From assembly GCF_024521635.1 (NCBI RefSeq), contig NW_026250405.1:1240001-1304000 (forward strand): 64,000 bases of DNA, in the 5' to 3' direction. A program made the position numbers and the translations under genes. The number at the start of each line of letters is the position of its first letter. Position 1 is the stretch's first letter. Under the pieces are notes generated by a model. That model was not told the origin of the DNA. It searched no databases and saw only the letters and a list, made by a program, of their open reading frames with translations. Positions 42,869 through 54,919 of this stretch are shown piece after piece. This DNA comes from Tricharina praecox (Eukaryota).

Positions 42869-44725
42869 TGCCCACTTCAATCTATTCCCGTATGCGTCGT
42901 GAGTTGTTTCGTCCATCCTCCTCCCCTCCTCCTCCCCTCCCCCTCCCCCTCCCCCTCCCCCTCCCCCCCTCATTCTTCCCCTCATTCTCCTCCTCCCCTC
43001 CCCTCCACTTCTCGTCCTACTCTACTGTCCATCCGCCTGTTTCCGTTCCGTTCACGTTTCCGTTCCTGCGCCGCGGTGTCGACGCAACAAAGTGCGAGAG
43101 GGTGTGGTGTCAGTGCCGCTAGACTCGAAGTTGCAGTGCCGCTGCAGGGTGCAGCGGCTGTTCCTGAGCACGCCTTACCGCACTGGGCTCGATTACCAGG
43201 GAACCGCCCAAACTTTGCGACACCCTTGGGCCGTAGAATAGAGTACGGGTACCTGAGTTTGACTAAAAGTAGATGGTCCTAAGAGACCCGACAAATTGTT
43301 GCGATGCGAGCCAGCAGCCACCACCACCACAGAAGAGCGAAGAGGCAACCCCAGAGATGCGGATGCTCCGGCAGAGGATGATGCTGATGATTATGGAGCA
43401 ATGACTATTCAATAATATATATGACCTACCGGTATTCCACAGGGAGAGCGCATGGAGAGGCAGAGTGCACTGCAGGGTAATAGGCACTACTATATAGAAT
43501 GGATGGGCAGACGCTCAGGAGGAGAGGCGTCGAGAGAGGCCCGCATGTTTCTATGCGCTTACCTTGGTACAGAAAGTACTCTATTCTATCCGACCGCATC
43601 CATTTTCGCCTCGCCTCGCCTCCACCGAAAAACACAGATGAAAAAAAGATGAAAAAAAAGGCGCAGAAGGCTAGCCAGTGCTCAGTACTACACCTACTCC
43701 ATAGAAGCGTACTGAACAGCCCCAGCCCAGTCCCAGTCCCAGTCCCAGCCCAACCAATCCCAACCAGACCCCACTCCCCCAGCCCAGCCGAGCCGAGCCC
43801 AGCCCAGCCCAACCGTGTCTTCGCAGTCGATCCATCCATCGAAGTAATCATCATCCCCCCCCCCCAACCTAATCACGAACCTCTGGTTGCATGCTTACAT
43901 ACTCTACATACTCTACTCTTCTCCACTCCACTCCACTCTGCTCTGCTCTACATATCTGCACAGCACATCTGCTGCTGCATCGCGTTATGTACGTGGTCCC
44001 CTCTCGCAGGTTTCTTCCTTGTCTCTCTTCTCCTCTGGACTCTGGAGTCTTGCTTCATCGCATCGGCTACGTAGGTACCGTGCTCTACTGGTATGTACCT
44101 CTAGCTACCGTACTCTGTGCCGTCGACGACGACGTAAGCCTTCAGTGGCTTCGGTGGGTTCGGTGGAGCCTGGGCTTCAGAAGTATCTACTACTACTATC
44201 CACCCCCCACTCACTTACAAAGTACCTACGAACTCTACGCACTGCTGCGTCCACATGCGTTCTCCAGTCCCCGTGTCCCCGTGTCGTGTCCCCGTGTTTC
44301 TCTCGCCTCCATCATACCAAGTTCCAACGTATCGCTACATGTAGCCAACGTATCGCCATCCCTCAGAGACACCGACCACCGACCCTCCTCTGGAGTCTTG
44401 AATCTGCTAGATACATAGCCAATCCTACCGCGCGCCTGTCCCCCTCCCAGACTCCCAGACTCCCAGTGTGTGTCCCAGTAGATCACCGTAATCCTCCCCG
44501 CCGCCGCATGTACCTACCGGTAGCGGACCCTTCGAGTTCGAGCCCGAGTTCGGAGCCACCGCGCGTGGCATTGTTTGATTTGCCGTCCCCACTCCCCATA
44601 GTTAACCCGTGCTATCTAGGTGCTCATCTATATTCCCGAATTTTGGAGAGGAGCCCTATCTACAGCCTTACAGGCTACATACGGCTATACAGCCAGGCCT
44701 ATGTACTCGTGTACTCGTGTACATG

Positions 44726-45371
44726 TAAAGTACCAGGTCAAAAGTTTTTGTACACCTCCCCAACAGCGCCACCACACCACAGACATATATCTCTCTAACA
44801 CAACAACCACGCATTATATGGTAGTAGTAATTGGCGAATATCATGAATACATACTAATAAAGCTGCAACGAGACCTCCAGCTCGCTAGGCTGATTATTTT
44901 GTGCGAAGTAGGGTGGCTTGGCGGATTTCCCTTTCACCGAGGTAGGTCATTTCCCGCCATCGATACAGCAACCATAAGGTAGTATAAAAATATGTGGACC
45001 ATTGGAAGGTCTTCCAAGTCAGGTAGAGAACTTCCATTGAAATCGGCACATAATTCTAACTGGTGGTGGTTGAGTAATGCCGTATGGGAGAAAAGTTAGT
45101 GGTGAAACTGGTTTTCACGCAATAATTTTGTATGGGGGCCCCATACAAAATCTGAAATCACTCTCCAACCTGTGCACAACACCAACCCATGCGCCACCAA
45201 TCCGAAGCAAAAGTCGCCAGAATTCGTCCATGTGATGCATCTTGCGATTCTAAAGCTTCTGTGAAAGACTCGATTTTTTGCCGCCACGTGAAGGGAGGGT
45301 TTTGTTGCTTGAAAATGGGCATTTTTGGTGTAAAACGGCCCCTGTACAAAAACTTTTGACCTAGTACTTTA
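44726..45371. mobile_element. Non-autonomous TIR DNA transposon / MITE-like element (~646 bp)
   Basis: Left 44726-44754 TAAAGTACCAGGTCAAAAGTTTTTGTACA is the reverse complement of right 45343-45371 TGTACAAAAACTTTTGACCTAGTACTTTA at 28 of 29 positions. TA occurs at both ends. The interior is AT-richer, non-coding and contains palindromes. Confidence 0.75.
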
Positions 45372-47763
45372 TGTATGTAGAGTACTTTGGCTGCACATCT
45401 ACGGGAAAATCCCGCACCGGCCGTACTCTACCGTACCGGTTCCTGCATGTCTGCATGTGCTGTATGTATCTACTGTGATGTGCTGTGCGTGGAAATCAAG
45501 GAAGGAAGAACGAAAGAAAAAATTCTTCCGGTGACTGCAGTCGCCCCGGCACCGGCCCCGGCTGGTTGGAGGCGAATGACGCTTGGAAGGCGTGGGCGTG
45601 GGCGTGGGCGTGGATGTGGCGGCCGCTTCGGCTGGTTGTGCCCAATTGGGGCCTGGGCGGGGAGGGGGAGGGAAGGAAGAAGGTTAAAGGAAACTTGAAG
45701 GAAGGTCAAGAAAAACCCGAAGCTGAAGGCTGAGGCGTGGATCTGAGACTGAGACTGATCTTCGTCAGCGATGAGGTATCATAGTAGATAGATGCTCTAG
45801 ATACTCTAGGTACCGGTGTATCATGTAGGTATATGATATTTGCACATCGAGCGTCGAAATGGTGCAAGTACAGGGCCAAGAGTGAAGATTTTTCTTTACT
45901 CTTTCTCGTTGGCTCGATGATCATTGATCGCCAGGAAAGCGCATTCGGGTACCCACGGGCTACGGAATGAAAGCTTGGAGGCGAGGCGAGGGCCCGAGGG
46001 GATCGATCACCTAGGTCCTAGGAAGTTGGCGAGCGACTCGCCAGTGGACTCGTTGTATGTAGTACTCTACTCTATCAACTCTATCATAACCGATTGGAGG
46101 AGTGCGAACTCCAGAGAAGGCTTATGTACGGTATCTAGAGTAGAGTAGAGTACAGCCCTAGAGTACCTAGAGTGGAGTAGAGTCAGGCACCGCCCATCGC
46201 TGCTCGCATCTATCGCATCCATCTATCCATCGCATCCATCCATGGGATTCCATCTATCTATCCCTCCATTAGTTAAGGCTTGCACTTATTACTCCATGTT
46301 TTTCTATCATACCTATTACCTACATGCCCGCAATAGGTACGGTAGAGCACTTACGATATCGATACTCTATCGATATCGTTTGTCGCTCGCTCGCTACTCC
46401 TACTCCTAGTACCTATTCTACTTTACCTATGATAGCCCGAGCACGCAGTCTCACAGTTTCGCAATCAAGCTCGCAATCGAGCTCGCACGTTTCGCACGTC
46501 TCGCCTCGAACCCTCGAACTCTCGAGCCTGCGCAACTCGCCCGATCCCCCAATCGCCCAATCACCCAAACCCAAACCCCGGAAGCAAACGATCGACAGTC
46601 GACACGGCCGGCCGGAATATATCCACGGTGAAACCTTTGAACTTTCATGCGCAGGATGATGCGCGTGCGTACGTGCGGCTGGAGGTGGAGGTGGAGGTGG
46701 AGGTGGAGGTGTCTGTCCGTTTGGCCTAGGTTCCCCGCTCTCGATTCTCGAGAAAATAAACAAATAATACGGTGGGGTAGGTACGGTAGGATGGGTTGGA
46801 TTGGAGGAAAAACAAAAACAAAAACAAAAACAGAAATAGAAACAGAAAGAAGATTTTCTTATCTTTGCCTTGCGTTGCTGCGTTGCTGCGTTGCTGCGTT
46901 GCTGCATGGGTGTGATGATTTTGTGCTATGGAGTAATAGTTGACTCGAATGGCTCGAATGGCAACATGTGTAGAGCACTCTATGGAACAGGAACACCAGC
47001 TCGCATGCTGGAACTGGAACTGCGAGTCTGGGAGGGGGATGGGAGAGCTCAGCGTACCGTAGGACCGTAGGTACCTACCATGTACACGTGTCTGAGTACA
47101 TTCTTCCTACGTCTTCGGTACGGCCTCGGTAGTTGGATGGATGGTTGGTTGGTTGGTTGGTTGGTTGGCTAGTTGCTCGATGGATGGATGGTCTCGGTAT
47201 GTAGCATACCAGTACTCAGGTACCTACTCTACTGGAACCTCTGCGCTGGGTGGATGGCGTGTACATCCATACATATGATACCAGGCACATGTCTCTCTGC
47301 CCCTCGCCGCTTCCGAAACTCGGGATTGTCACAGCCTCTGTATAATAGGTACAAGGTACCGACTGGACGGATATACCGGTACAACTACACGCCTATCGGT
47401 GGCGTGCTCGATCTCGACCACATGTTCCTCCTCCTCCTCCTCCTCCTCTCTTCCTCTCTCCCTCTTCCCTCGATTCCCCGTTTCCCCGATTCCCCCGAGA
47501 TCTTACTCAGCCGAGTAGCGAGTGCGGTAGGTACGGTTCCTACTCGCTCGATGCTCGATTGCGCGGACAAGATTTCTTCGGTACTTTGCTTCTTTACTCG
47601 CACGACGAGTATGATAGGTACGTTTCTCTCCTCGGCGGGGACGAAGGGGTCTAGATCGTCGGTACTTCGCCTTCGGTGCTGAGTGATAGGTACATGTCTT
47701 CCTCTCCCTCTCTCTTCCCACTAGCGTTTCCGCAGGTTCGGTGGTCGGTGGCGTACACACGCT

Positions 47764-47830
47764 TGTCTCTGTATGTCTCTGTATGTCTCTGTATGTCTCT
47801 GTATGTCTCTGTATGTCTCTGTATGTCTCT
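47764..47830. repeat. 10-bp minisatellite (GTATGTCTCT) x6
   Basis: Read directly. Confidence 0.95.
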
Positions 47831-49124
47831 CGTCGGCACTGAATGGGCTGGATCGATGCGGGAAGGGAGGGAAGGAGAGACACAAGTACAAGTGCTGGTA
47901 CCAATGCTTCCAGTGCTTCCATTCCATCCCCTCTCTTTGTTCCCCTCCTCCTCATCATCCTCCCGCTCCCCCCCCTCCCACTCCTCTCGGCACACGTGCG
48001 TGCCTGCTGGATTTGATTTGATTGGATATGACACATTGACACCCAACGTCACAGTCAGTCAGAGCGAGACGGGACGGAGCTGAAATGAAAGGAATACCCA
48101 TACGTATGAAGAATGTATAAAGTGCTGTTTGGTTGGTTGGTTAATGCCAGTGCACCGCGGTCCGCGGGCTGATCGCATTGTCCCTACATATTACTTCCCG
48201 CACCGTTCCGCATACCTACACTGGAAGTCTGGAGGTTTGGAAGTCTGGAACTACTACATTCCTACAGCGAGATAGAGAGACAGCGAGACAACGAGGTAGA
48301 GAGACAACGAGACAGAGTTCTACTCCTACGCCACTGCTCACTGCTTTCGCCTGGTACGTACTCAGCTCTATAGGTACCACGAGCTCGAGCTCGAGTACCG
48401 CACAGCAGAGTACCTACAGCACAGCGCAGCGCAGTGTTCCTCCAAACGCACACTGCAGACGGCTACCAACATACGTACCTGTGTACCTGCGTAGTCGGCC
48501 GAGAGAGGGCCTGCTCGGTGCACCTGTTGCCTGGTGCCTGGTGACGTGCGTACCTACCTGCTCCTCTGCTCCTCTGCTCATGGATTTGGAATTCCTGCGT
48601 TCTCTGCACGCACCCACTCCTCCGACCGGCTGACCGGCTGACAGGCGGACGCAGGTACGAATGCATGGGCGGTCACTCGAGGGGCAAGTGAGGGTTGTGA
48701 TATATGTACTGTGGTTAGGCCACGGGACGGGGGGGAGCTCGTGACCAGAGATCGATGATGCTCTACCTATCCAAACAACAGGAAAGAGAGTGTATGTAGA
48801 AGGGCAAGTATATGTACAAGATCTCGCACGAATACATGTATCAATACCTAGAGTATCAGCTCTGCCCCAGAACCCAGACCACGAAGCACGACATCCGCGT
48901 GACTCTTCGTTTTGCGTTTCACGTGTCGAGTACTGCTGGTGGTGGTGGTCACGAGTGAGCGGGTGGGCTGGCGCGAGGCCGTGCGCTCGTGAGCCACACT
49001 CGCAGATCCGCCGCCAGCACCAGCAGCACCAGCACCAGCACCACCGCCGTCTGGCGGTATCCTCCTCATCTGTCCCTCATTACCTCACCCTCCGCACTCA
49101 CCGCGCCTCCAGGCGTATGAAATA

Positions 49125-49521
49125 TCACACAACCCCCGCCAACCCACCAATACCCGCAAGGCCATTAACCCACCTCTACTTCCTCCAACACCTGTTAGCC
49201 CTCCTCATTCATCCCTCCTCATCCCCCGCCTCTCCCCCTCCACCCGGAGTACATCTACACTGGAGGAATTAAACGTACCTTCGCGAACCCCGCCCACGCC
49301 GCCCAGCGCTTCATGCGCGGATCCTCTGGTGCGCCGAGGAGCTGCGCGAGCTCGGCGAGTTCGCGCGGGGTGGGGATGGGTTCCTCGTCGGTGCGGGCGG
49401 GGAGGCGGGAGGGCCCGGGGGCGAGGTCGGTCCAGTCGTCGTCTTCCCGCAGCGAGCACGGGGATAGGGGTTGGCATTTCGTCGTCGGGGATGCAGGACG
49501 GGGCGGCGGGCGGGTTCGCAT
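49125..49521 (-). CDS. Putative small orphan protein, ~97 aa (exons 49521-49279, 49175-49125)
   Basis: ATG at 49521 and GC3-rich codons. Canonical intron GTACGT..GCTAAC..TAG (49176-49278) gives ..RELAELAQLLGAPEDPRMKRWAAWAGFAK|RWVNGLAGIGGLAGVV*. Confidence 0.5.
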
Positions 49522-50348
49522 CGGGGTTGGGTTGGCGGTGCGGTACGTACGGGCTGTGGTTGCTGTGATTGCTGCTGTGGGTCGTCGATCGCGCTCAGGC
49601 TGGCTGCTCGTAGATGCTCAGTGATAGATGATGGATCAATGCTCTCCACACCCGCCGCAGCAGCAGCCTCCGTTCTTATCAACAGCGTCTCATCCCGCCC
49701 ATCCCATCCCTCGTGTCCCTCGCGTGCACTCACGCGATGAGGAGCATGAAGAGGCTGGATAATTGCACGCGATCACGGTGTAACCGCCTCTACCTCCATA
49801 CTTTAGGTATCCAGGCAGTATTCCGTTCGAGTCACTCACTCACTCACTCATCACCTGCAGCATCAGCAGCAGCAGCAGCAGCAGCATGCGCATGCATCAC
49901 TCGGGTAGGTACCCGTAGAGTACATATGGGCAGTTGTACCCGGTCCGGTGATGGATGGGTTGGGTTGGCACGGCCGAGTCAACACATGAACTTGAGCTAC
50001 ACCGTGGCCACTTCTCAGTGGTTATGATAGAGGGAGGGACTGTTGGAGAGATAGATCGTGATATCGATTCGGGCAGGAAAATACTATGGCCTTGTAGGTA
50101 GGGACATGATTCCTCTACATACCAGCACTGTGGTCCTCCAAGAAATTTGCGCATAGATGCGCATCGCGCACCCGTTTACTGTACATCATGATCTGCTGCT
50201 GCAATGACAAAAAAAAAGAGAAGAAAGATAGAACATAGAAACATAAAAAAGGGAATGTTCATTTTTTTTCTGGTCAAACAGTCTTCAACACTCCCGGTCC
50301 CAAACTCATCATCCTAATCAATCTGATCCGCAACATGGGCGACGGCGC

Positions 50349-51398
50349 TCAGTATGGCGCGTAACCTCTTCCACGTCCTCTGTATCCGCCCCGGTACGCG
50401 CCGCCGCGGGGAGCGTAGCCGCCACGGTATGGAGGAGGGTAGCCGCCCCGACCCCTAGGAGGGCCACCGCGGCCTCGACCACGGGACATGCCTGGAACGT
50501 TCGTACGCTTCGGGACGACCTGTGCACTACATGTCAACGAGTGAGAATTATAGCGGGACGCGATACCCATACCTTCAGCGAGCGGCCGCGGAAAATACTC
50601 TCGTTCAGAACGAGTGCTTGAGCGACTAGGTTTGGCTCTGAGAACTCGACGTAAGCGTACCTAGATGGACACACACATCAGCCCGCCACATTCACACACA
50701 TATTCCCGGTCAGCGAGCGGCAGTCATACCCCTTAGGATGTCCTGTGTGCTTATCAAGCAGGATGGTAACGCGGTTGATGGATCCGCAGCTCTGAAAGTG
50801 AGCCTGGATCTCCTCGGGGCTTGCGTCGTAGTCAACGTTGCCGACAAAGATACTCCGACCGTCGATGTCCTCCTTGTCTTCACGCAGGTCGTTCTGTTCC
50901 TTGTCGAGATTGGCTTGCATCTCCCTCAGCTTCTGCGCCTCGGCTTCCATCTCCGCGACTCTTCTTTTCATGGCCGAGATTTCCTCCTAGATAAACCGTT
51001 GAGGCTCGCGCGCCCCCGAGATCATCAGCTTTTCCTATTCTTTCTCTCTTTCAATCTCTCCCCACGCCCCGAACGCGGAAACGTTTCGCAACAAGAAGAA
51101 CGGCGGGTGTGGGTAGGTTGGATGGAGGATTTGGCTGGCTGGCAGGCAGCGAGCGAACGATCGATGACTCTTCGTGGGGGATTTCGACGTGGTTTTGCTC
51201 GCGCGCGCCCCCTCCAACTCATCCTCTCATCCTCATCCTCCTCCTCTTCCCAGGAAATAAGCAGGCTTCCCATACCTCATCCTCATTCTCGACACCCTCT
51301 TCCTCATTCATCTGGTCGTCCTCGATCTTCACTTCCTGCTCCTGCTGCTGCTGCTCCTCCGACTTGACAACCGGCTGTTCCTCGGATGTTGCTGCCAT
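50349..51398 (-). CDS. PAB2: Nuclear poly(A)-binding protein 2 (PABPN1/Pab2/Sgn1 type), 4 exons
   Basis: Acidic N-terminus, coiled coil [74 protein letters not shown], and an RGG tail ending YAPY. Confidence 0.93.
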
Positions 51399-52737
51399 TT
51401 CTTCTTGCGGTATGTGTTTATGTGCGTGGGAGATAGGTAGGTTTGCCGGTTCCGGAGAGTGGGATTATTGATTGCTGTGTGTGGTGGGAAACTGCGAGAG
51501 CGAACGGAACACGCGACGCGAAAAGTCAGCATCAGACTAGCCAACCAACTAATTTCGAAAATGACGCTGCCGGCGCTTGCTTCTCCACCCAGCTCACCCT
51601 GGCGCCGACGCTTCCTCAGAGAGAAGCACGTACCTTGAATTCTCTATTCGCGGGGAAACCAGCGGGTAGCAGCGGCCCGATATTACCTCCGATCGTAATG
51701 GTTGAGCAGGTCGTGGTGGTCGTGGTGGTCGTGGTGGTGGTCGTGGTGGTGGTCGTTGTTGGGTGGCAGAGAAGTGAAGTTGGGTTTGTCGCGGTGAGGT
51801 GAGGCGACAAGAGAAACTCGAAAGAGTGCGCGCAAATAATCCCTGCTGCCAAGACTTATGATGTACACTTTGAATTCGGAACTTTCTAGGTAGGGACGTG
51901 ACGAGACAAAGAGCTCGGGGTCAAATGGCTACTCCAACTTATGTATTGAATTCTGAAGGATGGGCGAGCTCCAACCACACCTGAAGACCGGGTGCTTACA
52001 CGAGTATGTACTCAGGTACGTCTGTGACTCATGTCAACCTGGGTTAGTCAGTTGCTCTAGCACTCGACAAGGGGTTTCTCGTCATCACTCGCTCGACGCT
52101 CATTGACCGCACTCCCCGATCTGTTCTACAACTGATAGTACCCAGGAGCAGCAAGAGAAGCTCGTAATCACAACCGGCGAGGCCAACTGGATCACTGCTT
52201 GAGCTCCGCCCCATGTCAGCCTTTACTGATTCGGTATCTATTCTGGCATGTGTGTAACGAGAAAGATACCTTCGCACCCACCAAAGCACTTGAAGTTGGG
52301 CGTGTACCATCATGTATATTCAGTGTGCCAGTAGGGAGGGGAGAGAGAAAGCTCTACAGAGCAGGAAACGTGTCTGTCTGTCTATTGGAGATCCTCATAT
52401 CTAGATGTGGATTGCGGCCGGTGATCATGCATGACCAGCACAGCACCATTTAATTTGTGCGAACCACCAAAACGAGTGATAGCCGGAGAAGTGCACAAAT
52501 TCATGCAGCTTCCCGCATTCAGAATTCGATAAGCGCATGTTGTATCACTCGATTCGACTTCAGTTGAGAATCGATTTCTACAGGACTTTTGGAGTAGCCA
52601 GCCAACGGATTCCGACGGCATGGTCACGGAGTATTCGGCAACAAGGATCTGATCGGTGGGTTCTATTCACACACTTGGTATTTACCAGACTACTCTATGC
52701 ACAACCAAACAGACTACAGCCTCCGGTACCCTCAAAA

Positions 52738-53801
52738 TTACCTCCTCATACTCCTTGCTTTCCCAAGTACGCTCACACACTTTCCCCGACACCACGCTAA
52801 CCGCCTACAGATCCACCCTCGCCAGCAAGCCCACACATTCACCACCGCCGCCAAAATCGCGAAGCCAGCCGCGAGCCACACAAATGCATACATCTGCTGT
52901 CCCATGTTCGCGCGAATATTGAATTCCGGACTGCTCTCAAATACGCCCTGAAACTGCGAGTAGAGGATCGTCGATAGACCGGCGCCAATGGTGGTGAAGA
53001 GGCCGGCGATGACGGAGATCAAGGTGACTGTGAAGGCGGTGCGGCGGGTAAGGTGGCCGAGCCAGCCTGTAAGGGGTCAGTAGGGAGGCGGGGGAAGAGA
53101 GGCGGGGGAAGAGGAAGTACCGATGAGGAACGACACCAGCAGAAAGCTTATTCCTACAAAGAAGCTGGCAAACATCCAGTGACTGGCTTTTCGGGCCATG
53201 TCGAGGGCATCAGATATATCCGCCGGAATAGCAACTGCATCATCCATCAGCAACGTTCAAATATAGAGGGATAAGGCAGCATACTCGTCGCCCCCTCCAG
53301 CAGCTGTGACAGCAATATAGTCACTGGATCAAAGCTATACAGCGCCTTCGGACTGCCACAATACGTAACACCCTCGCCCTGATACCCCTCGCAGTAATTC
53401 CACAGTCCAACCTGATAGAACCCCCTCAGTCCCAAAGTCTGTGCTATCGAGTTGACAAGCACGGCGTTAGGGTAGCTCCGCGGTATCACCTGCGAGACGT
53501 CAATCTTGAGGAAGTAGATATCCGTCAGCGCATTGGTGTTGCGAATGTTCCCCAGGAACACGATGAGCTGGAAGATTATTGCTAGGAGAGTGCTGGACTG
53601 GGCGATGATGACATATGGGTCGCGGCATCGTGGTTTTCGAGATGTGGAGGAGGCGGTGATGGCTGCAGCATCATCGAGAGAGGCCGAGGGCGGAGGCGAT
53701 GTCCCTGGAGGTGTAACGGAGGAGCTGAGGGGCGTCGAGGGAGGTGTTTTCTCCCGTAGGGTGGTGAGTGTCCCTTTATTTCGCCAGCCAAAATCAAACA
53801 T
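52738..53801 (-). CDS. SUR7/PalI-family tetraspan membrane protein (3 exons)
   Basis: TM1, then IYFLKIDVS..NSIAQTLGLRGFYQVGLWNYCEG..C (claudin-like GLWxxC motif), then three more TM segments. Introns keep the frame. Confidence 0.88.
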
Positions 53802-54919
53802 CAGTGATCGGTGTCGCGAAGGTGTTGTAAGCTCTCCTTTTGCTCTCCGGCAGCCCCGCTATTCCCGAGGATTCGAAGACGTGGTAGGGTATAAAAAATA
53901 TGGGTCGGTGAAGAGAGAGGTCAAGGAGCACGGTGCAGATAGGTTTGGGTAGGTAAGGATTGCCGGCGAGCGGGAGAAGGCATCAAGGTAGGTATCATAT
54001 GTAAGCTCGATTGTTTCGTTGTGATTACTCGTACTTTTAATCGAGCCCTATGCCCCTCTCTCCTGGCCCCTCGACCTCTCTCGCGCTCTCCAGTCCTCCC
54101 TCGTCCTCCGGAAGGTCGTTACGTATACGCCATGGTTTTGGGTTGAGCTCGAAACCGCAGCAGCAGGCTCGAGAGCGAAAATTGAGACGGCAAGACTTGG
54201 TATGTTGGGGCGCTGCGGCTTGTCCGCCGTGCGCCCTTCGGGTTTGTCACCACGCAAGCAAAGCAAAGCAAGGACCAAGCCGGAGCCGGGAACATCTCGT
54301 ACGGGGTCCCTCCGTCATCCAATCGCGTGTCTCGATGGCAGCTACTACCGCGCCATGGCTCGGATCGGCCGCGGCGGCAAGGGTATCCGGCTTCGCCACC
54401 CTGGGCATGAAACGGGAATTCGGAAGTGCAGAGAGCCGTAGTGGTGCCAGTGCTGTGGAGGGCGAGCTGGTTGACGTTTTGAACTGTTTGGATGACGACA
54501 GCGCGCAGGATGCGGCGGCCACTAACTCACAGTCTGCAGTCCCGGCGCCAAGGGTCAGCACTTGCCCTTCCGCAGCACGACCAACCAAAGCCGAAGGAAG
54601 CGCTCTCGGCATGGCTTCCGAGACCTCAGACCTGGCTCAAAGACCGCCCGTTGCGCAACTGCTCTGCAGCCATAGTGTGGAACAATCTCCGGAATCATCC
54701 CTACACAGCCAGCACTCGATCCTCCTTGCGCCAGCGCAGATTTACTGTCGATCGTCACATGGCCGGACTGCACCGCTGCTGCATGGACCTTTTTTCCACA
54801 ATTAAAGTAGGTACCGGGTTAGTAAAAAGGTTCTGGGAAGAAGAACAAGAACAAGAAGCAGGCATACGCATGAGCTCCTCCTCTACTGCCTCCACCGACG
54901 ACCCAACCATCACAACCAC

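Noticed and set aside
43887..44798. 303-aa plus-strand ORF
   Set aside because: Built from simple-sequence DNA, with no domain or obvious codon bias, and it ends inside the TIR element.
54050..54805. 251-aa ATG-initiated ORF between the SUR7 and PLC-like genes
   Set aside because: It fills a GC-rich divergent promoter and has no recognisable domain or introns. It cannot be excluded without RNA data, but it is unsupported.
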